Below, piece after piece: positions 29,157-38,135 of a stretch of DNA of 64,000 nt. The stretch comes from an uncultured Spirochaetota bacterium (GTDB lineage: Bacteria; Spirochaetota; Spirochaetia; SZUA-6; Fen-1364): positions 320,001 to 384,000 of the forward strand of contig CAWJSK010000012.1 in NCBI GenBank assembly GCA_963845535.1, in the 5' to 3' direction. Position 1 is the first letter of the stretch; each line of letters opens with the position of its first letter. A program made the position numbers and the translations under genes. Under the pieces are notes generated by a model. The model saw only the letters and a program-made list of their open reading frames with translations, ran no database searches and was not told the origin of the DNA.

Positions 29157-30443
29157 TCAGCTCTCCATCTCCACTTTCACCTTGTCCACTTTCGCAAGGT
29201 CTCGCCGATAGAAGGCAGCCGCGGCAAGGAACAGCATTCCGGCAAGGACTGAGGTGAGCGGGGCAAGCAGCATGGCCACGTTCAAGCCGTACGCATCCGA
29301 TATGGCCCCCAGGACCAGCGGTCCCATCGAGCTTCCCAGCGCGTTCTGCACGATAACGCATATGCTGTAGGACACCGCCCAGAGGCCAGGGTGCACCACG
29401 TCCTGCGTGACGGCGGAAGCCGCGGAAAGGTAGCAGACCGTGGCGATTGCCCCCGCCATCATCATGATCCACTGAGCCGTCCCCTGGAGCAGACCGAACG
29501 AGACCAGCCATAGTGCGGCTGCCGCCAGGCTGGAGAGGCCGGCAAAAAGCGGGCGCGCCGTGATGCGCCGCTTCATCCATGCATCCGCGATGAAGCCGCC
29601 CAGGGGGGCGCCCACGATGGCAAAGAGCATTATGGAAGCGGTCTTCAAGCTCGACTGCTCCATGGTGAGGTGCTGGAACCTGTTGAAGTATGACGGGAGC
29701 CAGGTGAGGTACGCGGTGCTGAGGAACGTGTTGCCCGCAAAGGCAACATAGGTGAGGATAAGTGACGGAGTGCGGAGGAAGACTGCCGCAATGTCCGAGA
29801 AGCTCATTTTCACCGCGGGCCTGACGGCGGTGGCCGCCTTTTCCAGCTTGATTGTCTTGTAATCCCGGGCGAAGAAGAAAAACAGCACGCCAATGACGAA
29901 CCCCGGAATTGCCACCAGGCCGAAGGCATGCTTCCATCCCCATCGCGTAGCCACAATCCCGCCGACCATCACGCCGATCAGGGATCCAAGGGGAATGGAC
30001 GCGTTCCAGAGGCCCATCATCCGGGACCGCTTCTCCTGCGGGTACATGGCGGAAAGCATTGCCGTCCCGCCGGGAGAGTAGCCCGCCTCCCCGAAACCCA
30101 CCGCAAGGCGGGTCAGGAACAATTGCGGGAACGTGCGCACGAACGCGGCAATCCCCGTGGCAACGCTCCACAGCGCCACCATCAACCCCACGCTCCGCTT
30201 CCTGCTCCAGCGGTCAATAAGGATGGAGATGGGAAAGGCGAGCACAACGATGGACCAGTACACGGCGGAGATGAGTGACCCTGCCTGGCTGTCCGTCATG
30301 TGCAGGTCCGCCTTCATGACGGGGAACATGGCGGAAACGATCTCCCGGTCGATGTAGTCGAACATGTACAGGAGGAACAGCATGACGAAGAGGCCCGTGA
30401 CGCGCGGCGCGGGAGCGCCGTCAGCCGCCGTGGGCTTATTCAT
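29157..30443 (-). CDS. MFS transporter (spinster-like)
   Basis: LYMFDYIDR, GFGEAGYSPGG, 12 TM pattern. Confidence 0.8.
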   Translation of the reverse strand: MNKPTAADGAPAPRVTGLFVMLFLLYMFDYIDREIVSAMFPVMKADLHMTDSQAGSLISAVYWSIVVLAFPISILIDRWSRKRSVGLMVALWSVATGIAAFVRTFPQLFLTRLAVGFGEAGYSPGGTAMLSAMYPQEKRSRMMGLWNASIPLGSLIGVMVGGIVATRWGWKHAFGLVAIPGFVIGVLFFFFARDYKTIKLEKAATAVRPAVKMSFSDIAAVFLRTPSLILTYVAFAGNTFLSTAYLTWLPSYFNRFQHLTMEQSSLKTASIMLFAIVGAPLGGFIADAWMKRRITARPLFAGLSSLAAAALWLVSFGLLQGTAQWIMMMAGAIATVCYLSAASAVTQDVVHPGLWAVSYSICVIVQNALGSSMGPLVLGAISDAYGLNVAMLLAPLTSVLAGMLFLAAAAFYRRDLAKVDKVKVEMES

Positions 30444-31764
30444 ACATCGCCACGTTTCTTCCCGCGTTCTTGGCGGCGAGCAGCCTGTTGTCCGCGATCC
30501 GCAGGAGCTGCTGCGTGGTGAGCCCCGGCACCTCTTCGAAGATCACGACGCCTATGCTCAGCGTCACGCCCGTTTCACCGCCGTCATCCGCCAGGACAAT
30601 GACGTGGTCTTCCACGCTCTTGCGGATCTTCTCGATTGCCTGGACAATCCCGTCACGCGAGGTCCGCGTGAAGAGGATCACGAACTCCTCTCCCCCGAAC
30701 CTGCAGAGGATGTCGCGGGAAAAAATCACGCTCTGGATGACCCGGACCACCTCCACCAGGACTTTGTCTCCGGCGGGATGGCCCCAGGTGTCATTGACGC
30801 GCTTGAAGTGGTCGATGTCGATCATGGCCAGGCCGAAGTTCATGTCGTTTATCCCCTGGAGTTGGGCAACCCTGTGCTCCTGGCGGTTTCGGGCCCTGCG
30901 GAGCTCGATGTCCAGATATTCCCCGAAGAAACGACGGTTGTAGATCCCCGTCAACGGGTCAAGCTCTGCCTGCCGGCGCAGGTCCTCGTTCAGCTTGCGT
31001 ATTTCCGCGGTCCGCTCCTCCACCCTGGCTTCCAACGTTGTGTTGGCTACCTCGATCCTTTCGTACAGGCTGGCCAGGTCGGCAAGAAGGACGAAAAACA
31101 TGCTGAGCACGACGATCATGAACGCGTATTCGCTGACATAGATGAAGTCATAGACGCGGGAAGCCACCAGGGTGTCATTGATGGCGCCAACGAAGTACGT
31201 GGACAGTCCGGAAATGACAATGAGCAAGCCTCGGGTGCGCTTTTTCAGATATGCGCGGATGAGCAAAACAAGCAGGTAAAGGTAGATGCAGACGGCTGAA
31301 GCTATTCCCAGCTCGTAGCCAATGCCGAGCTCCCCTTCATAGTAGGTGACGCTCAGGATGCCGGGGATGTTTATGTGCTTCACGGCCGGCCGCAACGGTG
31401 AAAGCGTCAGCGAGGGGTCCACGACAAACGAGAGGACAAACAGGAGAAGGAACCATGCAACGGACAGGCGTACAAGCCTTCCGTTCGAACGCTCCGTGTA
31501 GACCGAGACGAACCACACGAGGAAAATCGAAATGAAATCAACGGCGCGAAGCTGGAGGTTTTGCCAGATGAGCCCCGTGGCAAGGGAAGAGGAATCATAC
31601 AGCCCAATGCTGAAGACGTCATACGCCGCCACCGCAAAGCAGAGCAAGGAGAAGGGCAGATGTATGGGCTGCCTCTGTCCCCTCACGAATACAATGAGAT
31701 GGAAAAGTCCAGCAAAGAGAGTGAGGGAGGCCATGACGAGGCATGGGTAAGCTACAGGCTGCAC
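30436..31764 (-). CDS. Diguanylate cyclase with N-terminal 7TM sensor
   Basis: DPLTGIYNRR, DIDHFKRVNDTWGH..GD, RFGGEEF; about seven TM helices then a coiled coil. Confidence 0.9.
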   Translation of the reverse strand: MQPVAYPCLVMASLTLFAGLFHLIVFVRGQRQPIHLPFSLLCFAVAAYDVFSIGLYDSSSLATGLIWQNLQLRAVDFISIFLVWFVSVYTERSNGRLVRLSVAWFLLLFVLSFVVDPSLTLSPLRPAVKHINIPGILSVTYYEGELGIGYELGIASAVCIYLYLLVLLIRAYLKKRTRGLLIVISGLSTYFVGAINDTLVASRVYDFIYVSEYAFMIVVLSMFFVLLADLASLYERIEVANTTLEARVEERTAEIRKLNEDLRRQAELDPLTGIYNRRFFGEYLDIELRRARNRQEHRVAQLQGINDMNFGLAMIDIDHFKRVNDTWGHPAGDKVLVEVVRVIQSVIFSRDILCRFGGEEFVILFTRTSRDGIVQAIEKIRKSVEDHVIVLADDGGETGVTLSIGVVIFEEVPGLTTQQLLRIADNRLLAAKNAGRNVAMYE

Positions 31765-31790
31765 TTGCTTGAGTCTTTCCTTTTTCGGGG

Positions 31791-31819
31791 ATTCTAAGGT
31801 CAGTGTCAGCGCAGGTCAA
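31791..31819 (-). promoter_or_regulatory. Sigma70-like promoter for the diguanylate cyclase-MFS pair
   Basis: Minus strand TTGACC (31819-31814), 17 nt, TAGAAT (31796-31791). Confidence 0.6.
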
Positions 31820-31880
31820 GTGAAAAAGAGGTGAAAAAGCAGGAAAACGAACAGGAAAACGATAGAAAGGATTGCCTATT

Positions 31881-32381
31881 TCATGGCCGCTCACTCTTGC
31901 GTGTGGCGTCAACGAGCAGGAGAAGGCATCCCAGCATGATGCACAGGTCCGCCACGTTGAAAATCCCGGTCCGAAGAACGCCAACGCCGACGTTGAGGAA
32001 ATCCCCAACCCTGCCGTCGTGAATGATGCGGTCCAGAAGATTGCCTATCCCGCCGCCAGCAACAAAAGAGAGACCCGTGGCGAGCACAGTATGGACATTT
32101 CTCTTCCTGACCACGTAGACAGCAACCGCGGCCAGCATGGCAAGAGGAAAGGCGATAAAGACTGCGCGGCGCACAGGGCGCGGCAGCCATGCGCCAAGGC
32201 TGAGGAATGCTCCCTGGTTCTCCACGTAGCGCATGACCAGGACTCCGCCGAGCAAAGATACCACCGTCCCATCCTTGAGGTACGACCTTGCAAGGGCCTT
32301 GGTGCCCTGGTCGCACCCGACCGTCAAAAGAAGGACCGTGGCCATTATCATGGCCCCGACCATCCGCCTGTACTTGTTCAC
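31881..32381 (-). CDS. lspA: Signal peptidase II (lipoprotein signal peptidase)
   Basis: DQGTK, ENQGAFLS, GGIGNLLDR, VGDFL, IFNVAD. Confidence 0.9.
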   Translation of the reverse strand: MNKYRRMVGAMIMATVLLLTVGCDQGTKALARSYLKDGTVVSLLGGVLVMRYVENQGAFLSLGAWLPRPVRRAVFIAFPLAMLAAVAVYVVRKRNVHTVLATGLSFVAGGGIGNLLDRIIHDGRVGDFLNVGVGVLRTGIFNVADLCIMLGCLLLLVDATRKSERP

Positions 32382-32402
32382 ATTCTCCTCCGTCCGGCAA
32401 CT

Positions 32403-33629
32403 TCAATCGATGTATGGATCGAATATATCCTCACCGGCCATTGCGACACCGAGAGGCCGCAGCGTATGCAGGATGCGAAGCGTGCCTTCATGGGCGGCAA
32501 GGACACCGAGCAACTGCCGGTACACGTGCGGGCTTTCATCCAGCCCTCCGCCGCGAAGCTCCACGCCTTCCCGCCGCAGCCATTCCATCATCATGGCCTT
32601 GGTGATCTGGCCGGGCTTGATGACGTGCGACACCCGCCGGGCGCCCTTTCTGATCCAACGGCGCTTGCCGGCCGCCTGCGTGCGGCTCATCACTCTGCCG
32701 GCGCCGTGCACGGTGCTGCGCAGCGCCCTCCGTGACTCCGTGCCGTCCACTCCTTCCACGATCACGCTGATGTCCCCCATGGAGCCGCCAATGATCCCGC
32801 GCTGCCCCGGCCACGCCGGAGTGGCTCCCTTCCTGACAACCACCAGCTTCTCCCCCGAATGCTCTTCCACCCAGGCGAAGTTGTGGTGGTTGTGGACCTC
32901 TTCAACGGCCTTGGCCCCCAGGATCCCGAGGACTTGATCCGCCACGAAATCTCTCCCCGCGTACGCGTACCTGCCCGCGAGGGTCATGGATTGCCAGTAG
33001 TCCTGGCCCATGCTGCTCGCCAGCGACAGAACCGTTGCCGGCTGGTCCATCCCTTTCTCAGGGGCGTGGGCGTCGAACGCCCTGCCTGCCGCAAGGTTCA
33101 AGAAACCGCTTGCCACCTTGAACCCGAAGCCGCGACTGCCAAAGTGAACCGCGACCCAGACCCTGCCCTGTTCGTCTTCCAGGAGATCAACGAAGTGATT
33201 GCCGGACCCCACGGTCCCCAGTTGGGCGCGCGCCGCGTCCTTGAGCGGCCCCACGTGTTTCAGGTCACGCCACGCGGGGTCATCGAATAGCTCGTGGTCA
33301 GCGGCCTGTCCGCTCTCACGCCCCAGGCCAAACACCACCGTGCGCGCCACCTGGTCCATCACGCCCTTGATGTCCCGTTTCAGATCGGCGGATTGCAGGT
33401 CCGTGAGGACGGCCTTGAGCCCGCAGGAAATATCGTATCCAACGCCGCTGGGAGAGACCGCGTTGCGGTAGGCCACAACGCCGCCAATGGGCATCGAATA
33501 GCCCTTGTGGCCGTCCGCCATGAGCGCCGCGGCAGCCACCGTCTCATCAGCCGCGCAACGGCGGATCTGAGCCAGCGTTGCTTCATCATGCTCGCCCCAC
33601 ACGGGGATGCCGTCTATGACTTTGAACAT
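32403..33629 (-). CDS. rtcB: RtcB-family RNA ligase
   Basis: DGHKGY.MPIGG, GVGYDISCG, GSGNHF, HNHHN, HGAGR, DESPHVY. Confidence 0.9.
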   Translation of the reverse strand: MFKVIDGIPVWGEHDEATLAQIRRCAADETVAAAALMADGHKGYSMPIGGVVAYRNAVSPSGVGYDISCGLKAVLTDLQSADLKRDIKGVMDQVARTVVFGLGRESGQAADHELFDDPAWRDLKHVGPLKDAARAQLGTVGSGNHFVDLLEDEQGRVWVAVHFGSRGFGFKVASGFLNLAAGRAFDAHAPEKGMDQPATVLSLASSMGQDYWQSMTLAGRYAYAGRDFVADQVLGILGAKAVEEVHNHHNFAWVEEHSGEKLVVVRKGATPAWPGQRGIIGGSMGDISVIVEGVDGTESRRALRSTVHGAGRVMSRTQAAGKRRWIRKGARRVSHVIKPGQITKAMMMEWLRREGVELRGGGLDESPHVYRQLLGVLAAHEGTLRILHTLRPLGVAMAGEDIFDPYID

Positions 33630-33736
33630 CCGCGTATCCTCATGCAGACCGCCTGCGTTCCCTCATTCAGCCTGCCTGAGCGTAGCCCGAACGCCGGCCG
33701 CTGACCAGGGGTTGGCGTGCGTGATATCGTACGTCC

Positions 33737-34147
33737 ATGATCGAGAGAATGAGCGAAGCCCTTGTGGCGGCCATGTTCGAGACGTTGCCCGTGGAGATCA
33801 CCATCATCGATGCAAACGATGAGGTTGTGGGATGGAACAAACATGACAGCCGTATCTTCAAGCGCCCCATGACATCCATGGGCCTCAACTTCCGGGACTG
33901 CCATCCCGAGGAGAGTGTCCCCCGCGTGGTGAAGATTGTGGATGACATGAGGGCAGGCACGCGAGATACCGTGCGGTTCTGGCTCGACTTCGAGGTGGAG
34001 CCAGGCAAGAAAAAGCACAAGGTGCTGATAGAGTTCTTTGCCCTTCGTGATTACAACAGAAAGTACCTGGGCTGCATGGAATGCGCGCAGGACATCGAAG
34101 AGATCAAGAAGATCGAAGGGCAGAGACGGCTTCAGGACGAGACGTAG
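33737..34147 (+). CDS. Stand-alone PAS-domain protein (PAS_10 type)
   Basis: LPVEITIIDAND, RIFKRP, DCHPEESVPRV, YLGCMECAQDI. Confidence 0.8.
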   Translation: MIERMSEALVAAMFETLPVEITIIDANDEVVGWNKHDSRIFKRPMTSMGLNFRDCHPEESVPRVVKIVDDMRAGTRDTVRFWLDFEVEPGKKKHKVLIEFFALRDYNRKYLGCMECAQDIEEIKKIEGQRRLQDET

Positions 34148-34271
34148 GCGCGCGCGGGGAAAGGGGGTCCGGTTACGGCCGCGCCGGCGCAGCTCATGCG
34201 CGCCGCTCGTGCAGCGCGGGGCTCCCTTGTCTCCAGCCTCGGCGTGGTGTACGTTTTGGGCGGGAAAGTCT

Positions 34272-35771
34272 ATGAGCGCCGCCGCCAAACGCACGTCTGC
34301 AAAGAAACGCGCTTCAGCGTCACCGAGCGCAAAGAAGCAGGCAAAGGTCTCCCGTCCGCAGGCTTCGCGCGCGCCGGCCTTGCGCCCTCCGGCAGGGACC
34401 ATGCATCGGTCCATCCAACTCCTCCAGACCGCGCTGGATGAGCTGGGGGCCAGAATGCCGCTGGCGGACGTGGAGCGCATCGCCATCATCATCAATGAGG
34501 CAATGACCGCGGAGGCTCGAAGCTTCCATACCCCTGAGCACGTCTTCGACCTGGTGGACCCCGGCAACCCGTACATGACGCTGGCCGCGCTTTTCCATGA
34601 CCTGGTGTACTACCAGGTGGACATGGGATTCATTCCGCAGATCAAGGAAGCCCTCGAGCCGAGCATCGAGCCCTGGGACGGTGGTCTTCGCCTGAAGCCG
34701 GGCATCCGGGAGAACGACAGGGAGCTTCTCCTGTGCATGGAAGTCTTCGACGTCAAAGGGGGGCAGAAGCTCGCGCCCTTCGGCGGCATGAATGAGTTCC
34801 TGAGCGCGCTTGTCATGGCCCGAAAGCTCGGCGGCGTGGTGAAGGAGCAAGACCTGATACTTGCCACCGCGTGCATCGAAGCCACCATCCCATTTCGCCC
34901 AAAGGACGCACATGACCGCACCCCGGCTGAACGGCTGGCCCAGCGCCTCCAGGCGGCAAACGCCAACCTTCGCCTTGGGCTGGGTCGGGAAAAGATCGAG
35001 CAGGCGGTCCGGTGGGCCGTCACTTTCGCCAACCGGGACGTCGCCAACTTCGCGGAGCGCGACGTGACGAGGTTCCTGGACAACACCTGGAAGCTCCTTC
35101 CTGAGACAAACCCGTCCTTGCGCACGCTTGGCGTTTACTCCATCAAGAGCTACCGCGTTGCCTTGCAGAAAATGGAAGGTTTCCTCTGCTCCGTGGACCC
35201 TGCCACCATCTTCGCACAATATGCAGGCGCGCCCGCTGAGAACGAGTACCGGCAGATGCGGCAACGCGGGGAGCGCAACGTCTCCACGGCCTGCGAGTAC
35301 CTCGGCATCAAGCTCCTGACCGCCGCAATCCTGGAGGCGCTGGCGGAGATAAGCGGCGGAGATGCGCCCGTCTCCCTCTTCATGGGGGACATTGGCGCAG
35401 ACCAGAAAGGAAGCAGGCTGGAGGACTACCTCGCCGAAGACAAGCCTCCCACCGGGCTCCACCTGGACAAGACGTTGCACGACCTGCTTGCCTACGGGAG
35501 AGCCAGTGCGTCCAGCTTCGACCTTCAGAACTCCCCTCTTTCGCTCTTCATCTACATGCACCTGGGAGCTGAGGGCTTTCACGAAGTCCGCGGCACTGCC
35601 CGGCAGATGTTCGAAGGCAAGATCACCCCTCGCGCTTTCCTTGATGCGCTCCCGGGTGGTATGATTGCCAAAATCGGGGAGAGCTGCGCGCACATGGCGT
35701 TCACGCGGGCAGGAGACCTGAACGCTTATGCGGCGTCCCGGCGCCCCCAATCAGCCTTGCGAGGCCGATAG
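34272..35771 (+). CDS. Putative HD-superfamily metal-dependent phosphohydrolase
   Basis: RSFHTPEHV, LAALFHD, IEAT, NRDVANF; basic low-complexity N-terminus. Confidence 0.55.
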   Translation: MSAAAKRTSAKKRASASPSAKKQAKVSRPQASRAPALRPPAGTMHRSIQLLQTALDELGARMPLADVERIAIIINEAMTAEARSFHTPEHVFDLVDPGNPYMTLAALFHDLVYYQVDMGFIPQIKEALEPSIEPWDGGLRLKPGIRENDRELLLCMEVFDVKGGQKLAPFGGMNEFLSALVMARKLGGVVKEQDLILATACIEATIPFRPKDAHDRTPAERLAQRLQAANANLRLGLGREKIEQAVRWAVTFANRDVANFAERDVTRFLDNTWKLLPETNPSLRTLGVYSIKSYRVALQKMEGFLCSVDPATIFAQYAGAPAENEYRQMRQRGERNVSTACEYLGIKLLTAAILEALAEISGGDAPVSLFMGDIGADQKGSRLEDYLAEDKPPTGLHLDKTLHDLLAYGRASASSFDLQNSPLSLFIYMHLGAEGFHEVRGTARQMFEGKITPRAFLDALPGGMIAKIGESCAHMAFTRAGDLNAYAASRRPQSALRGR

Positions 35772-35813
35772 AACCGCGCGACCATCCGCGCTTCTCGTCA
35801 AGGGATTGAACTG

Positions 35814-37085
35814 GTGACAGACTTACAACGCATCGGGGCCCTTTTCTGCGTCGCTTCCGCGGCCGCTGCTCTGGCCGCATGCTCAGCCAGACCTCCGTCC
35901 CTTCCCGTGGCGAACAACACCGTCTCTCAGGTACGGATCACCAGCACGCCTCCATGGAAAGATCCGGCAACCCCTCGCGCAATGACGGCGCACCGCGCGT
36001 CTGCCGGGGAGGCATGGCCAACGAAGGAGTGGCGCATCTCTTCTCCTGAGGAGGAAGGGATGGACGGGGACAAGCTGCAGGCGGCGCTGGCGTCCGCGCA
36101 AAAGCAGGGACTCTCCCTTCACGGTTTGCTCGTCATCAGGCACGGCTCCATCGTGATGGAGAAGTACTTTGCCCCGTATGACGTGGACACCCCACACTCC
36201 CTGTACTCCTGCACCAAGAGCTTCATTTCCGCGCTGGTGGGGATTGCCATCAAGAAGGGATTCATCACCGGAGTGAACAGGCCCGTGATGAGTTATTTCC
36301 CCAACGGGAGCTACGCGGGCGCGGTGTCCTCCATGCAGACCCCACCCCCTTCCTCACGGCAAGCCACGCGCTCTCGGATCTCCTCTCCGTTTGCGGCCCC
36401 GCAGACATCCTCGTGGGCTGCCGACACAGAGTCCAAGCACGAAATAACCGTGGAGAACCTTCTCACCATGAGCTCGGGGCTGGATTGGCTGGAAGCTGAT
36501 GAGACCTATGACAGGATGTATTCATCCTCCCAGGACTGGGTGAAGTTCGTCCTTGACTGGTCCATGGCGGACAGACCGGGACAAAGCTTCACGTACAGCT
36601 CGGGCAACTCGCACCTTCTCTCAGCGATCATCCAGAAAACAAGCCGCATGAACACGTACGACTTCGCTCGCGCAAACCTCTTCGGCCCGCTGGGCATCAA
36701 GGATCCCGACTGGGACCGTGATCCTTCGGGCATCCCCATTGGCGGCTGGGGGCTCCACCTCACACCGCGTGAGATGGCCAAGCTGGGCTACCTCTACCTT
36801 CACCGTGGCGTGTGGGAGCACAAGCACGTCGTCCCCGCCTCATGGGTTCGCGACTCCACGCAATCGCATATCAAAGCCGATGACAACTGGCAGTACGGCT
36901 ACCAGTGGTGGCTCGACCCTTCCCGGGATTTCTTCGCGGCAATCGGCAGGTACGGCCAAAGCATCTTCGTTGTCCCCGCCCAGGACCTCGTCGTGGTGTT
37001 CACCGCCCACATCGACTCCAACGACCCTGAGGTGGATCTTCTCAAGAAATACATCATCCCCGCGTGTACCGCCCCGCAGTCGTGA
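35814..37085 (+). CDS. Serine hydrolase, beta-lactamase (class C-like) family lipoprotein
   Basis: Lipobox LAAC; SCTK (SxxK), LLTMSSG, PGQSFTYSSG, YGYQWW. Confidence 0.85.
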   Translation: MTDLQRIGALFCVASAAAALAACSARPPSLPVANNTVSQVRITSTPPWKDPATPRAMTAHRASAGEAWPTKEWRISSPEEEGMDGDKLQAALASAQKQGLSLHGLLVIRHGSIVMEKYFAPYDVDTPHSLYSCTKSFISALVGIAIKKGFITGVNRPVMSYFPNGSYAGAVSSMQTPPPSSRQATRSRISSPFAAPQTSSWAADTESKHEITVENLLTMSSGLDWLEADETYDRMYSSSQDWVKFVLDWSMADRPGQSFTYSSGNSHLLSAIIQKTSRMNTYDFARANLFGPLGIKDPDWDRDPSGIPIGGWGLHLTPREMAKLGYLYLHRGVWEHKHVVPASWVRDSTQSHIKADDNWQYGYQWWLDPSRDFFAAIGRYGQSIFVVPAQDLVVVFTAHIDSNDPEVDLLKKYIIPACTAPQS

Positions 37086-37127
37086 GCCGCGCGCCAACGA
37101 CGTGTCAGGCTGATGCGATCTTCTTCC

Positions 37128-38072
37128 CTACTTGAGCATGCCGGTAAGTTTTTCAGGGAGCGTTATCTTTCCCGAAGAACGGTCAATCTGAATTTCGCTC
37201 AGGTCCTTACCGTAATTCCAATATACGTTGTCACTTATGCTTCCAGGTCCTTGCTGATACATATAGGTCAACAAGCCCATGAACTCCGTTACCGTATTAT
37301 TTATAAGCTGCTTTGATGAAAGAGCCATAGCAACGATTGTCATCCGGTTTGGAACCCCCACCAGCGTTCCATAGGTTGCCGTAGGCATTCCTTTGTTTGA
37401 CAGGTCATATATGCTCGTAGTTATATAAGGATTTGTGTCTGATGTGAGAAGACTAACCCTAAGCCCGTCTTTGAAGTCATACTCTTCGAACTTTTCGCTG
37501 TTTTGACTCATAGTGTTCTTCAACGCCTGTGAAAGAACGTCATTTGGGGAAGTGTGCCACTTTGCTGCGTAGGTCATGTCCAAATTAGCAATTCCGCTTG
37601 GATAGTCTACAACGACTACACCAAAGAAGCCGAGCTTTTTATCATCGATGATTGAACTTTTCTGGAAGGACTGCAGTTGTTCGGTGGGATAGATCCTGAC
37701 CTTCAGAAAGGCCAAGGCGGTTTGGTATCTCTCCAGCAAAGGTTTTACTTTAGCCTGCTCCTCCCTCTTCCTCTTGAGCTGGCCAAAGAAGCCGTTTATG
37801 ATAGCTGGCCAGCGTTCAATCTTGTCCTGCCTGCAGATATCGTACAGGTTTGAAAGTCCAATGTGAGAGTCTTTGTCCACATATGGGTTATCCTCTAAAA
37901 CGATGAAATAGCCCTCCTGCATGTGGTCTTCAATCTTGCCGAAGCCCAAGTGAATCACTTGTGCACGGACCTCTTTTATGAATGCACTATAGTCTGGTTG
38001 ATCTGTCTGTCCAAAAGCAATGACAGGAGTCAACGAAAAGGCCAGGATGGAGAGAGCGACAACAACCTTCAT
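37128..38072 (-). CDS. Exported hypothetical protein (lower-GC island)
   Basis: 314-aa ORF with signal peptide; GLSNLY, LKVRIYP, VGVPNR, GPGSISDNVYW. Confidence 0.6.
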   Translation of the reverse strand: MKVVVALSILAFSLTPVIAFGQTDQPDYSAFIKEVRAQVIHLGFGKIEDHMQEGYFIVLEDNPYVDKDSHIGLSNLYDICRQDKIERWPAIINGFFGQLKRKREEQAKVKPLLERYQTALAFLKVRIYPTEQLQSFQKSSIIDDKKLGFFGVVVVDYPSGIANLDMTYAAKWHTSPNDVLSQALKNTMSQNSEKFEEYDFKDGLRVSLLTSDTNPYITTSIYDLSNKGMPTATYGTLVGVPNRMTIVAMALSSKQLINNTVTEFMGLLTYMYQQGPGSISDNVYWNYGKDLSEIQIDRSSGKITLPEKLTGMLK

Positions 38073-38135
38073 GGAATCTCCCTTACGAATATCTTGAAGC
38101 TGTTTCAGAATGACAAATCCGCAAGCATTCCGCGC

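Noticed and set aside
33670..33692. REP-like fragment GCCTGCCTGAGCGTAGCCCGAA, and CGGGCTGAGCCC at about 46850 and 57836
   Set aside because: Too short and too few copies in this window to support a call.
34320..35750. Long antisense or alternate-frame ORFs (also 46445-47896, 62601-63713, 12268-13404 and others)
   Set aside because: Shadow ORFs expected in high-GC DNA; they overlap better-supported genes and show no protein motifs.
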